Position numbers and translations under genes: made by a program | DNA from: a virus | Lineage: Duplodnaviria > Caudoviricetes | IMG/VR virus record: IMGVR_UViG_3300032250_000449 | Span: 1-64,000 of that record | Length of the DNA: 64,000 bases | Strand: one strand, 5' to 3' | Part shown: one piece after another, positions 48,294 through 59,116 of the stretch | How positions within the stretch are numbered: the first letter of the stretch is position 1 | Layout of the letters: each line of letters begins with the position of its first letter | Notes under the pieces: model-generated | Told to the model about the DNA's origin: nothing | The model's database searches: none | What the model saw: the letters and a program-made list of their open reading frames with translations, nothing else

Positions 48294-51200
48294 TTAGTTA
48301 TTAGCTACTGCCACAATATCCCACTTATCATCAGTTGCATTATATATACAACCTATATAAAGTGCGTTAGATGTTGGGCTAGTGGCAGCAGGAACAGTTA
48401 CGCCCATGTTTCTATATTTTTGGGTTGACGAATCAAATGTTAATGTTCTTGTTGTTCCATTGTCTTTTATTCTAAACATCAATCTTTCGCCCTGAGAAGG
48501 ACTTCCTATAGGAGCTTCTATATTTAAAGTTGTGCTTTGAGCAGTAATGACATACATGTCATACAAGCTTATATCTGGTGAGAGAAGAGAAGTACTCACT
48601 TGTGTATTTACTCTTGGCGTAACTCTTTTATTGGTTAATTGTTGTGTTGTTGATAGAGTAGAAACAACGCTTGTATCAACAAACACACCTGTTGAGTTTG
48701 CAATAATCCCTGTATTTGCATTTACATTCATATGTGTTGTATTAGAATTTAAACCATTTCCTGATAGTAAACCACCAGTAAATGTAGACCAATACACACC
48801 ATTTGTGCCATTCGATGTGAGGATTTGACTTGTTGATCCTAATGTACCACTAGAATCAATGATTCCTGCACCATAATTTATTTTGAGAAATGCATTAGCA
48901 TTAAGAACTATATTTGCATTATGTGTATGAGTCGCCGTATTAGTAAACGTATAAGAAGCAGTGGTATTGATAAAAAGATCAGTATTTGCTAATAATGCTA
49001 ATGAAGTCCAGTAAACATTACCAGCACCATTTGATGCCAGTATTTGTCCTGCACTTCCTTCAAACCCACGTGAATCATATATTTTGGCACCAGTATTAAA
49101 AACTAAAGCACTCGTGTCGCTCAAAACTATGTTTGCGTTATAAGTGAAAATTCCACTAAGTGTAAAGTTTGCTGATGTATTAACTACATACGAAGGAATT
49201 ATATTTCCTTGTAGAGTTCCGGTAATAATATTAGTTGCATTTGTGTAGTATGTTGCTGGCTGATTATTTAATTTATTAGCATTTTCAATGGTGCCGGTAG
49301 TAGTTGCAAAAGATGATGCTGGTTGACCGGCGAGATAATTAGAATTATTTGCAAATAGAGCAGAATTTGAATTTAATACAGTACCAACAGTCGAGTTGGC
49401 AAAACCAAAAGGATTTGATGCTTGATAGAAGTATGAAGCAGGATTGCCCTGTAAATAATTAGAATTATTTGCATGTGTTGCAGTATTTGCATTATTGACA
49501 TTAAGATTTGCTTCAGATTTACCATTTAAATTGTTTGAATTTAATACAGTACCAACAGTCGAGTTAGCAAACCCAAAAGGATTTGATGATTGATAATAAT
49601 AAGAAGATGGTTGACCATCAAGATTAGTTGCATTATTTGATGTGCCAACAGTCGAGTTGGCAAAACCATATGGGTTTGATGTTTGATAGAAGTATGAAGC
49701 AGGATTGCCCTGCAAATAATTAGAATTATTTGCATAAATTGCATTATTTACACTTAAGTTACCTTCCGTCTTATTGTTCAGTTTATCAGCGTTTACAGCA
49801 CTGTCTGCTGATGAAGCAGAGTCTGCTCTAGATACATGTAGTTCTGATTCTTGCTTTCCGCCTAATAAATTTGAGTTATTTGCGGTGTATGAAAACTCTG
49901 CATTTGTAGAATATACTGCACTATTGACATTGAGATTTGCTTCAGATTTACCATTTACATTATTTGCATTAAAAGCAGTACCTAATGTACTATTGGCAAA
50001 CTCAAAAGGATTTGATGTTTGATAATAATAAGAAGATGGTTGACCATCAAGATTAGTTGCATTATTTGATGTGCCACTAAAGTTTGTAGGAGTAATCGTT
50101 GCATATTCAGTGTTGTTGCCAACGAAGATGGTATTTGCCATGAAGTTGGAAATACGAAACGAAGGATGCGACTGATTTATATAGACTGAGATATCTGGTT
50201 CTGGTATATAACTGTCAAATACTTTCCACGTACCACTGTTGTGGTCTCTGAAGAAACCAGCGTGATGATATGTTCCATCATTATATCCAGCAGCAAAACC
50301 AAGGTCAGGATTTACGTCTGTCTTTCCTCTCGCTGATCCACCACTTGTATATGAGTAATTATATGCATTTGCTATTTGAAAGTGTGTAGCATTTGCAAAA
50401 TGAATATTGTGATATGTTCCATTCCAAGAGGAAGGATCAACACCAAATACAAAAACGTCCCAACCAGACGAAAAGTTGTTGTCCGCAGTAAATGTGACGT
50501 AAGTACCATTACCAGAGATATTTGTAATTCCTGCTAATATACCATTATTAAAGTATATCATATTATCAGTAATAGAGAAGTTGTTTGCTGTGATTACTGT
50601 AACACCATTAGCAACAGAAAGAGTGCCAGATAGAACAAGATTTTTAAATTCAACGTTAGCAGAAGTTGTAACGTCTTGATTCATTCTGTATGGTAGTCTA
50701 GGCTCTGATAATATACCAGTGTTTATGTTGGTTGCATTGGTATAATATTCTGGAAGATTTCCTCCAAAATGATAAGCATTGTTTGATGTGCCAGTATATA
50801 CAGATGAATTTACAGTAGCAGAACTTGAGAATGATATAGCGTTTGATACTGAAAGATTAATCAATCCATTCAAATCGGCTCTGAAAGCACTTCCGTCACC
50901 AGTAGTAATAGTAAACGTATTGTTTGAATTATTAAAATCATATGCAGTAACACCAGCAACCGCAGTAACTGTTGCTGTATTAACTCTACCATACTGATCT
51001 ATAGTTAGAACAGGAATAGATGAAGAGTTTCCGTATTGTCCTGCTATAACAGTTGTTGATGGAAGACGAGCTTCATTCAATGTACCAGTGTTTATGTTGG
51101 TAGCATTGGTATAATATGAGGGTAGATTGTTTCCAAAATATGTAGAATTGTTTGCAGTATATGCAAATTGTGTATTTGTCGAGTATACGGCTGAGTTTAC

Positions 51201-51431
51201 ATTAAGATTTACTTCAAGTTTACCGCCTAGTAATGAAGCATTATTAGCAGTATATGCAAAAGAAATGTTAGAAGTCCAGTATCTAACACCATTAGTATTT
51301 GAAGCTAATACTTGACCGACAACACTAGGGTTTCCTAGAGCCTTCTCAAGTTCTGTTGGTAAAATATATCCAGATACATTAAAGTTTGTATTTGTAGTCT
51401 TAATAGCACCAGATAGAAAAGAAAATGCCAT
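48294..51431 (-). CDS. Long tail-fibre-like protein with repeats
   Basis: GQVLASN, IDQYGRV, repeated LDGQPSSYY / GKSEANLNVN / YYTNATNI.TGTL. Confidence 0.8.
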   Translation of the reverse strand: MAFSFLSGAIKTTNTNFNVSGYILPTELEKALGNPSVVGQVLASNTNGVRYWTSNISFAYTANNASLLGGKLEVNLNVNSAVYSTNTQFAYTANNSTYFGNNLPSYYTNATNINTGTLNEARLPSTTVIAGQYGNSSSIPVLTIDQYGRVNTATVTAVAGVTAYDFNNSNNTFTITTGDGSAFRADLNGLINLSVSNAISFSSSATVNSSVYTGTSNNAYHFGGNLPEYYTNATNINTGILSEPRLPYRMNQDVTTSANVEFKNLVLSGTLSVANGVTVITANNFSITDNMIYFNNGILAGITNISGNGTYVTFTADNNFSSGWDVFVFGVDPSSWNGTYHNIHFANATHFQIANAYNYSYTSGGSARGKTDVNPDLGFAAGYNDGTYHHAGFFRDHNSGTWKVFDSYIPEPDISVYINQSHPSFRISNFMANTIFVGNNTEYATITPTNFSGTSNNATNLDGQPSSYYYQTSNPFEFANSTLGTAFNANNVNGKSEANLNVNSAVYSTNAEFSYTANNSNLLGGKQESELHVSRADSASSADSAVNADKLNNKTEGNLSVNNAIYANNSNYLQGNPASYFYQTSNPYGFANSTVGTSNNATNLDGQPSSYYYQSSNPFGFANSTVGTVLNSNNLNGKSEANLNVNNANTATHANNSNYLQGNPASYFYQASNPFGFANSTVGTVLNSNSALFANNSNYLAGQPASSFATTTGTIENANKLNNQPATYYTNATNIITGTLQGNIIPSYVVNTSANFTLSGIFTYNANIVLSDTSALVFNTGAKIYDSRGFEGSAGQILASNGAGNVYWTSLALLANTDLFINTTASYTFTNTATHTHNANIVLNANAFLKINYGAGIIDSSGTLGSTSQILTSNGTNGVYWSTFTGGLLSGNGLNSNTTHMNVNANTGIIANSTGVFVDTSVVSTLSTTQQLTNKRVTPRVNTQVSTSLLSPDISLYDMYVITAQSTTLNIEAPIGSPSQGERLMFRIKDNGTTRTLTFDSSTQKYRNMGVTVPAATSPTSNALYIGCIYNATDDKWDIVAVANN
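49330..50075. repeat. Near-identical coding repeats within fibre gene
   Basis: NNATNLDGQPSSYYYQ x2, ANNSNYLQGNPASYFYQ x2, SNP.(G/E)FANST.GT x4. Confidence 0.85.
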
Positions 51432-51433
51432 TA

Positions 51434-51898
51434 TTAAATAACTCCAATGTGCTCAGCAGATAGTTTTTCTTCCGCAGCGGCCCAAACATCAAAAGTATTG
51501 TTTGCTTCTGCTCTTATCTGTAAACGGTCTCCATTTGTGCCAGCAGCATTCCTTTTAAATAGACTACGCCCCTGAATAGGAAAAAATAGAGTATCATTAG
51601 GCGGAATAACAACTCGACCAAAATCAACCACCACATCTGCTTCAGTTTTTAATATTACTTCAATCCATGCTAAATTTTCTGTTTTATTTTTAACAGAGAG
51701 TGGTGTAACAAAAAAGATTTCACCGGGACGGATAGCTCTTGTACTATCTGTAGGGTCTCTTGTTGTATAATTTTGCGAAGGATCAGGAACAGAGAAGTCA
51801 GGAGCCTCTGCAATTGTCGTAAATGATGTTGTGACATTAGCCAACGATACAAGTATTGCCTTACCTGTTGATGGCGTTTTACATGTTATTCTAGCCAC
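51434..51898 (-). CDS. Small virion protein (paralog of 58675..59115)
   Basis: L.V.N, IPPND, GDRLQI pattern. Confidence 0.7.
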   Translation of the reverse strand: MARITCKTPSTGKAILVSLANVTTSFTTIAEAPDFSVPDPSQNYTTRDPTDSTRAIRPGEIFFVTPLSVKNKTENLAWIEVILKTEADVVVDFGRVVIPPNDTLFFPIQGRSLFKRNAAGTNGDRLQIRAEANNTFDVWAAAEEKLSAEHIGVI

Positions 51899-51900
51899 TT

Positions 51901-53535
51901 TTAAAAACTCCTAGATATGGCAGTGCGTGTTGCAATTCTATTGACAGCTTGCTCAAATGGAGGACCACCCAATTCGCCAGTATCCGAATTAATTTCTAGA
52001 CCACCAACGAAAATAGCGTTACCTTGATCATCCTGTCCAGATGCAATAACTCTCCCATTATTTATCTCAAGAATACTATCCTGAATACTTGCTTGATTTC
52101 TTACTGGTGGAATTTTTGTAAGAGCAACACCAGCCAATACGCCTGTAAATGTATGACCAATAGCAGTAATCGTAGAAGGTTCTACTCTTAAGTTTGGTGA
52201 AGTTAATGATGTTGTTAAAGCAGTAACAAGGTTTCCTACAATAATATCAGAATTGGCGTTTACATCAGGTAAAGCTTGAATTTGGTCTCTCATGAATTCA
52301 AATGAGTAAATAAAAGCGTTCTGTTTATCTGGTGTGTATACTTTATTTCCATTATAATCAAATAAACCTTTAGCAAAATCTTGCATAGGTTTTTCATTTG
52401 CAGTTTGTAATGTCCAACTTATGCATTGTAAGAAGGTATTTGAATCTCTTCTTGTAAATGCTTCGTCTTCTGCATTCCATGTTGTAGTATATCCGTTAGA
52501 AACAAGATTTGCCCATAAATTATTAATGATTGTTCCACGTGAATTATTTATAGAATTTGCTGATGTTGCTTGTATGGATAATGTAGTATTTGCTTCTTCT
52601 GGATAAAGAATATATCGACCACCAGTAGCAACCAATGTATAGTCACCAAACTGTGTCGAGCAAGATGAAAGAATAATCTGACCGCCATTAGCTGCCATGA
52701 AGTGTCTATGACACCAAAGCGAAACTGCGTTTACCGCATTGATCAAAGCACCATTCTTAGCAAGATATCCTATACCATTATGTGTAACAGGAGTAGCACC
52801 CCATGTCATGATGTTAGGATAAATGCTATATGGAGAGCACACAGCGCCGTCAGCTAGAACAACACCGGCACCAACCGCTACATATGGATTGCTATTGGCA
52901 GCATCTAGTGGTGGCGGAATATAAGACCATGATGGAGGTGTTCTAATAGCAATCTTGTGAGCGTATGGAGCACGTGTGATGACTGCACCGGGACGAAATG
53001 AAATAGCAAAACCTTCTGTAGGATTATCTAGACTATCAAGCTGCCATTCTTCAAACAACGGACCTTCTATAAAACATCCAGAACCCATTCTGAATACGTT
53101 GCGTTGCTTGAAACCAGCCTTTGGTTTAAAGATTACTGTTCTATGCACTGCACGAATCATACAATTGTCAGGCATATCAAGATGCCCCTCAGTCTCATAC
53201 TCACCCGGCCCTATATCGATAAGAGTGATTAGACCGTTTCGTGTAGTAGCCTCTTGAAGCGCCTTTTCAATAGTTGCAAATGCAGTATCCCATGATATAC
53301 CATCATTAAGATCAGAACCATTTTTTGATACAAAGAATGCATTTCCTACAGGAACCTTACCAACAAACTCAACTATGGCTTCTGTTGGATCATTAGTTTC
53401 ATTAAGATAAGAACGTTTGGTGTAAAGTCTACCATCATTTGTATTAATTGCAATTTCGCCCAAGCTAAGATTATTAGCTTGGGGCTTTTTACCTTTTACA
53501 TTACTGCGTTTAAAAAATATTTGATTATTTGCCAT
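51901..53535 (-). CDS. Fibre/spike-like beta-helix protein (paralog of 59117..61336)
   Basis: L.LGEIAINT.DG.LY; VSKNGSD.NDG; PGEY. Confidence 0.75.
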   Translation of the reverse strand: MANNQIFFKRSNVKGKKPQANNLSLGEIAINTNDGRLYTKRSYLNETNDPTEAIVEFVGKVPVGNAFFVSKNGSDLNDGISWDTAFATIEKALQEATTRNGLITLIDIGPGEYETEGHLDMPDNCMIRAVHRTVIFKPKAGFKQRNVFRMGSGCFIEGPLFEEWQLDSLDNPTEGFAISFRPGAVITRAPYAHKIAIRTPPSWSYIPPPLDAANSNPYVAVGAGVVLADGAVCSPYSIYPNIMTWGATPVTHNGIGYLAKNGALINAVNAVSLWCHRHFMAANGGQIILSSCSTQFGDYTLVATGGRYILYPEEANTTLSIQATSANSINNSRGTIINNLWANLVSNGYTTTWNAEDEAFTRRDSNTFLQCISWTLQTANEKPMQDFAKGLFDYNGNKVYTPDKQNAFIYSFEFMRDQIQALPDVNANSDIIVGNLVTALTTSLTSPNLRVEPSTITAIGHTFTGVLAGVALTKIPPVRNQASIQDSILEINNGRVIASGQDDQGNAIFVGGLEINSDTGELGGPPFEQAVNRIATRTAISRSF

Positions 53536-54377
53536 TAATAGACTCCACAGTCAATAATACCATTAAAATAGGTTGCAGTATTGGCTGTTATTGCAAGCGC
53601 AGAAAGGGTAGCATATGTGGCGGTGTCTACATCAAGCTCTGCTTCAAGTTTACCATTTAAATAAGTTGCAGAATTTGCATATATCGCATTATTTACGTTA
53701 AGATTTGATTCAACTTTACCACTTATATAAATTGCGCTGTTTACATTAAGACTTCCTTCAGCTTTACCACCCAAGTATGAAGAATTATTTGCATATATCG
53801 CATTATTTACGTTTAGGTTCGTCTCTGTCTTACCGCCCAAATACAACGAAGAATTTGCATATATCGCATTATTTACGTTAAGTGTGCCTTCTGATTTTCC
53901 TGATAAGTATAAGGCACTATTAGACGTAATGGCATTATTTACATTTAATTGATCCTCAGTCTTTCCTCTTAAAAACTGAGAATTGTTTGCTGATCCGGCA
54001 ACACCAGATGATGAGTTGACAAACCCGTAAGGATTAGTATTTAGATAGTAGTTTTGTAGAGCACTATTTGCAGCAAAAAAGGTGTCGGGTTTATTGTTTA
54101 AGTATAATGCATTATTAACCGAAACGCTACCAGTGGTTGAATTTGTTATAAATGCCGATTTTACATCGTATTGATTAGTAGTAGCATTCCATATTAAAGT
54201 AGCACCATCAGTACGATTAGTCAAATTCAACCCAAGATCATCAATAGTATGAATCTCTTGAATTTGGTTCTTCACTGTAATAGGATCAGTAGACTGAATA
54301 TTTCCGTCTACTTTATTCACCTTTACATTAAATGAAGTCTCAGTTAATTTAACAGTAATGTTGTTTAAATCTGTCAT
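53535..54377 (-). CDS. Fibre-like protein with ~18-aa tandem repeats
   Basis: YL.GK.E..LNVNNAIYANS repeated about 6 times; C-terminal IDCGVY. Confidence 0.75.
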   Translation of the reverse strand: MTDLNNITVKLTETSFNVKVNKVDGNIQSTDPITVKNQIQEIHTIDDLGLNLTNRTDGATLIWNATTNQYDVKSAFITNSTTGSVSVNNALYLNNKPDTFFAANSALQNYYLNTNPYGFVNSSSGVAGSANNSQFLRGKTEDQLNVNNAITSNSALYLSGKSEGTLNVNNAIYANSSLYLGGKTETNLNVNNAIYANNSSYLGGKAEGSLNVNSAIYISGKVESNLNVNNAIYANSATYLNGKLEAELDVDTATYATLSALAITANTATYFNGIIDCGVY

Positions 54378-54700
54378 GTCTTAGTGACCTGTGGATAAAC
54401 GGTCACAATCCCTTCTACAATTCTACTTTTTACGCCAGTGGATGAGGTTAGCTCACAATCATACACATATCTACCGGGACTGATTGAATTTGAGTTGCTA
54501 GAACTTAAAGATAGAGTTACAGCACCGTTTGATATTGTTACACCAAAATCATAAGCAGTGAGAGATGTATAATGCTTACGAAATTGTGCTTTACCAGTAT
54601 ATCCAGTGAGAACTATGGGCGCATTGTTTCCGTCAGTTACATTAACTGTTACTCTAAAATCAGTACCCTGATCAATATTGATGTTACTTTTAGTAGCCAT
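54374..54700 (-). CDS. Conserved small virion protein (BppU-N-like)
   Basis: NI.IDQG.DF, LTGYT..AQ.RK, GRYVYD, R.VEG.V.V.P.VT. Confidence 0.8.
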   Translation of the reverse strand: MATKSNINIDQGTDFRVTVNVTDGNNAPIVLTGYTGKAQFRKHYTSLTAYDFGVTISNGAVTLSLSSSNSNSISPGRYVYDCELTSSTGVKSRIVEGIVTVYPQVTKT

Positions 54701-54714
54701 TTTACTCTCTTATA

Positions 54715-55233
54715 TTATACCCCGTTAGGATATTTATCTTTAATTTCATCCATAATATTTAAGAGTGCTTGAAAACAAGCTCTGGCTTCTTCAGTTATAT
54801 CGTCTCTTGTTCTATAAGTTTGAAGAACTGCTATTGAGGCTTTACGATCTTCCCATTCAAGATGTTTGGTTGGGAATCCTTCTAATCTTCTACGCATAAT
54901 CTCGCCACCCATAAGATGTGCGCCTGTTAGAACATAGATAGCACCGTCAATAGCCTTGTCATTGTTGAGTGTCTTGATATATTCCTGTGCGGCTCTAAGC
55001 TCACCTACCATAACATCCATACAAGACATGTCTTCAAGAATCTGATACGATCTTAATATTTCATTTGGAACATGAAGATCGATCACATTATGGATTTGGA
55101 ATAGTGCTCTAAGCCACGCAGCATACCACACACGAGGAGGATTACCTGTTGCCATGGCACCACCTACCTCATGTGCTTCACATGCGTGATGAAGGTCTCT
55201 CGTTTCTTCCCATAGTGGTTTTACTGTTGTCAT
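54715..55233 (-). CDS. Heme oxygenase-like protein
   Basis: LWEETRDLHHACE (proximal His helix) and YVLTGAHLMGG (distal helix); ATGA overlap with upstream gene. Confidence 0.7.
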   Translation of the reverse strand: MTTVKPLWEETRDLHHACEAHEVGGAMATGNPPRVWYAAWLRALFQIHNVIDLHVPNEILRSYQILEDMSCMDVMVGELRAAQEYIKTLNNDKAIDGAIYVLTGAHLMGGEIMRRRLEGFPTKHLEWEDRKASIAVLQTYRTRDDITEEARACFQALLNIMDEIKDKYPNGV

Positions 55234-58200
55234 GGTGTGTTGTCCGAATTTATGGTAAATGGTACCCATTTTGCTCCTTCAACCTGATCAATCAAGTATG
55301 TTTTAGCATCATATGTAAGATTATAAGGACCGCCAAAATCTGCTGTTGAATATGTGTTCTTAAAGAATTTATCTGACATACCACCAAATTCTACAGATGG
55401 TTGATTACCAGCTAAACTAGCTTTATTTGCAAATGATATCAAAAGTCTGGAAATATTAGTATTACTCATTTTACTGTTAGTAAATATAGAACCCATTTTT
55501 ACGCTTGTTGATGATACCTTTAATGTCCAACTTGAGATATCTTGATTAAACTCATTCGGTATAATAGTACTTTGACCTTGGAACATTGATGCAAAGGTTG
55601 AAACATTTGATACATTCCAAGCTGCAACATTTTGATTAAATGTGTTTGCGCCTTGGAACATAGAAGACATATCAACTACACTACTAGTATTCCAATTTGA
55701 AATGTTTCCATTAAATTGATAATTGTTTCTAAACATATTTTGCATGTTGGTAACTTTAGATGTGTTCCATGTTGATATGTTACCACTAAATGTTGTGTTA
55801 TTAAAAAACATAAGTAACATACTAGTTACATTACTAGTGTTCCAATTAGACAAATTTAAATTGCCAATTTTTGGTGCAATACTATTCAAACCAGATGAAT
55901 TAGTGCCAGAAAACATATTTTGCATGTTGGTAACTTTAGATGTATTCCATGTTGATATGTTACCAGAAAAAAGCTGAGCATTTTGGAAAGTGGTAGACAT
56001 ATTAGTTACATTACCAGTGTTCCATGAATTTAAATTCTGATTGAATGCTCTTGCTGAATTGAACATAGAAGATATATCGGTAACTTTAGAAACATCCCAC
56101 GTATTAATACCTTGATCAAATGCCCACGCACTACTAAACATACTACCCATTGATGTTACATTACTAGTGTTCCATGAGTTTAAATTCTGATTGAATGTTC
56201 TTGCATTTCTAAACATACTTTGCATGTCAGTAACTTTAGATGTATTCCATGTTGATACATTACCATTGAACGTAGTAGGAATAGAAGAAGTTGTTCCGTA
56301 AAACATGCTCGACATAGTAGTCACATTACCAGTATTCCATGAATCTAGGTTTTGATTGAATTTTATTGCATTTTGGAACATAAAACTCATATCAGTAACT
56401 TTTGAAGTATCGGTAAAATATAAATTACCATTAAAAGAGCTTGCCCCGCTAAACATTTGGAACATGCTGGTAACGTTACCAGTGTTCCAACTTAATGAAC
56501 TATTAGCTCTAGTTGCATTTAAAAACATATTAGACATACTAGTAACTTTAGATGTATTCCATGTTGATACATTACCATTGAACACAGTAGCATCTCTAAA
56601 CATGGTAGACATATTAGTTACATTACCAGTATTCCACAAATCTAGGTCTTGATTATATTTACTTGCACCATAAAACATTTGCGACATGTTAGTGACACTT
56701 GACGTATTCCACGATGAGATATCGCCAGTAAAAAGTTTAGCATTTTGGAAAGTGGCAAACATACTAGTTACATTACCAGTGTTCCACAGATTTAAATTCT
56801 GATTAAAAGAATTTGCTAAATTGAACGTCTGCCCCATGTTAGTAACTCTTGATGTATTCCATGTTGATATATTTTGATTAAATTTCAAAGTATTTTGGAA
56901 AGTGGCAAACATATTAGTAACTCTTGATGTATTCCATGTCGATATATTGCCATTAAAGTTTGTTGCGCCATCAAACATTTGTTGTAATGAAGTTGCAGAA
57001 GATGTATTCCATGTCGATACATTACCATTAAATAGTGTTGCGTTTCTAAATGTACTAATAAAGGAAGGAACGCTTGAGGTGTCCCATCTATTCAAATCTT
57101 TATTGAATGATGTTGCTCCTTCAAATGTGCTTGACATGGATTGATTGATACTTGATGTATTCCAAAATGAAATATTTGCATTAAAATTTCTGGCATTTTG
57201 AAATGCGCTTGGTATCCAATTAAGACTTCTTGTGTCCCATTTTGAAATGTCTTGATTGAATAATGTACAATTTTGAAAAATTGCAGATATATCGGTAACT
57301 TTAGAAACATCCCAATCTCTTACAGAAGGTGAGTTAAACGAATTTGCCCCAGAAAACATGCTCCAAAGACTAGTAACATTTACTGGTAGATATGCAGGAA
57401 CATCTTGTAAATTTATACAATTTCTAAATGCACCAGAAAGATTTGTGATGTTTACGTTTGCACCAAACGACTGACAATTAACAATCATAATTTGTGAATT
57501 TGCTAGGTTCTCGGTTAATCCAGAAACAATTGAAGTTGAAGTACCAAAATGTGTTATACTTCCACTCACTTCAATTTTATAAATTCCGTGCTCTTCATAG
57601 GTATGATCATGAGAAATAAGAGTACCATTATTTGAAACTATCTCAATATTACCATCACCCCAATCAATGGTAGCTGTTGTTCCATTGGTGCCATTGATTG
57701 TCACATAGAATTTTTTTTCATAAGATGGGTCTGTTGTAGGATTTAAGTTTGTATCAATATAAAGAACCAAATTTGGATATGGAATCTTAAATTGACTCTT
57801 TTCAGAATACTTTGAAGATGCTACACCCGGAAGAACATAACGACCTTCCCACTCATACATTATATTAGGATCAAGATTAAGATTTGTAACTGAAAAGAAA
57901 TTATTTGGTGTAAGGTTAGTACCAGATTTTTTCATCATATCATTGTCAAATTCATAAATTTGAAATTCAGCATAATTACTAAGACTGCTACCAAACGATA
58001 GACCAAAAGGACTTGAAAAATCAGACAAAGTAACACGTGTTGCTTCTGCTCCAATCAAAGTAGCCGAAGATGGAGTGTCAATCAAATAATCAGTAAAGAC
58101 TTGTTTCTGTGCCTTAGATTTAGCAGAAGGTTCTGTTGGTAAATCTGTTAATGGAGCTTGAACAGGAACGTCTGGATCAGCATAAAAATTACCATAGTAT

Positions 58201-58673
58201 TCAGCTTGCCAATAGAAGGTATCGCTCAAGTATAATTTGAGTGTGTTGCCATTATCAGTGTCTGTTAGTGTTAAACCATCAACACCATCAACACCCTCGG
58301 GTCTAGCTAAAGTGAGTTGTGCGCCGTCTGTTGTTGTTATTTTAATTTTATCAGTCATGTCTGGGTTTAGACTAATATAAAATGAAGTTCTTGTATAATA
58401 TATTTTGCCTTCATAATTGACACCGGGAGTAAACGGTGTTATACGAAGAAGTCGTCTATCGGCTTGTGTTACAGCCTCAATCGCTGTTGGTCTACGAATA
58501 ACTGGTGGTTGAAGAGGTTCCCATGCTAAACCGTCAGAAATATAAACAGCATTATCATCAGCAAAAGCCAACGATCCTTTATACAATGTTGCATCAATAA
58601 TGTCTAGGTTGGCTGTTAATCCAGAGCCAATGAACTTTTCTTTGCCTGACCCATATTTTAAACCACTATTCAT
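55230..58673 (-). CDS. BspA/DUF285 leucine-rich-repeat protein with PKD-like domain
   Basis: IDWGDG...HTY...G.Y; more than 20 copies of ~25-aa FN.N(I/L)S.WNTS.VT.M..MF. Confidence 0.9.
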   Translation of the reverse strand: MNSGLKYGSGKEKFIGSGLTANLDIIDATLYKGSLAFADDNAVYISDGLAWEPLQPPVIRRPTAIEAVTQADRRLLRITPFTPGVNYEGKIYYTRTSFYISLNPDMTDKIKITTTDGAQLTLARPEGVDGVDGLTLTDTDNGNTLKLYLSDTFYWQAEYYGNFYADPDVPVQAPLTDLPTEPSAKSKAQKQVFTDYLIDTPSSATLIGAEATRVTLSDFSSPFGLSFGSSLSNYAEFQIYEFDNDMMKKSGTNLTPNNFFSVTNLNLDPNIMYEWEGRYVLPGVASSKYSEKSQFKIPYPNLVLYIDTNLNPTTDPSYEKKFYVTINGTNGTTATIDWGDGNIEIVSNNGTLISHDHTYEEHGIYKIEVSGSITHFGTSTSIVSGLTENLANSQIMIVNCQSFGANVNITNLSGAFRNCINLQDVPAYLPVNVTSLWSMFSGANSFNSPSVRDWDVSKVTDISAIFQNCTLFNQDISKWDTRSLNWIPSAFQNARNFNANISFWNTSSINQSMSSTFEGATSFNKDLNRWDTSSVPSFISTFRNATLFNGNVSTWNTSSATSLQQMFDGATNFNGNISTWNTSRVTNMFATFQNTLKFNQNISTWNTSRVTNMGQTFNLANSFNQNLNLWNTGNVTSMFATFQNAKLFTGDISSWNTSSVTNMSQMFYGASKYNQDLDLWNTGNVTNMSTMFRDATVFNGNVSTWNTSKVTSMSNMFLNATRANSSLSWNTGNVTSMFQMFSGASSFNGNLYFTDTSKVTDMSFMFQNAIKFNQNLDSWNTGNVTTMSSMFYGTTSSIPTTFNGNVSTWNTSKVTDMQSMFRNARTFNQNLNSWNTSNVTSMGSMFSSAWAFDQGINTWDVSKVTDISSMFNSARAFNQNLNSWNTGNVTNMSTTFQNAQLFSGNISTWNTSKVTNMQNMFSGTNSSGLNSIAPKIGNLNLSNWNTSNVTSMLLMFFNNTTFSGNISTWNTSKVTNMQNMFRNNYQFNGNISNWNTSSVVDMSSMFQGANTFNQNVAAWNVSNVSTFASMFQGQSTIIPNEFNQDISSWTLKVSSTSVKMGSIFTNSKMSNTNISRLLISFANKASLAGNQPSVEFGGMSDKFFKNTYSTADFGGPYNLTYDAKTYLIDQVEGAKWVPFTINSDNTP

Positions 58674-58674
58674 A

Positions 58675-59115
58675 TTATCTTACCTCTGTATATGATTCAC
58701 GTTGATTTATAATAAACGAAAAATGCACTACTGCATCATTTGATGTTGTTAGATTGCTTGCACATGAAACCTGTAACTTTTCACCAGATAAAAGAACTTG
58801 TCTATCTAGACCAATAAAAATAAAATCGTTCACAGGAACTGGTGCTTTATTAACTACATAATATTCGCCTCCATCTATTCCTATAATTCTAACAGAAGCC
58901 GTAATATCATTCTCTTTAATATTTGATATTGTAAGACCGGTCATAATTGCTGCTGTATTGATTGTGTATTGTGCTTTTAATGCAGTGGCTGGTACTACGT
59001 ACTTAGGAACGTCCAAAATAGTAAAAAAGCTGTTTCCTTGAAGCTGAACACGATTTACTTCAAATAAGTTTAGTGGTGGGTTCGATGTAACGATTGTATT
59101 GCTTGTAACTGACAA
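58675..59115 (-). CDS. Small virion protein (paralog of 51434..51898)
   Basis: LTISN, VPVND, GEKLQV. Confidence 0.7.
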   Translation of the reverse strand: MSVTSNTIVTSNPPLNLFEVNRVQLQGNSFFTILDVPKYVVPATALKAQYTINTAAIMTGLTISNIKENDITASVRIIGIDGGEYYVVNKAPVPVNDFIFIGLDRQVLLSGEKLQVSCASNLTTSNDAVVHFSFIINQRESYTEVR

Positions 59116-59116
59116 A

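Noticed and set aside
55500-57400. CRISPR or diversity-generating retroelement in the repeat region
   Set aside because: The repeats are in-frame protein repeats; there is no reverse transcriptase and no adenine-specific TR/VR pair is evident.
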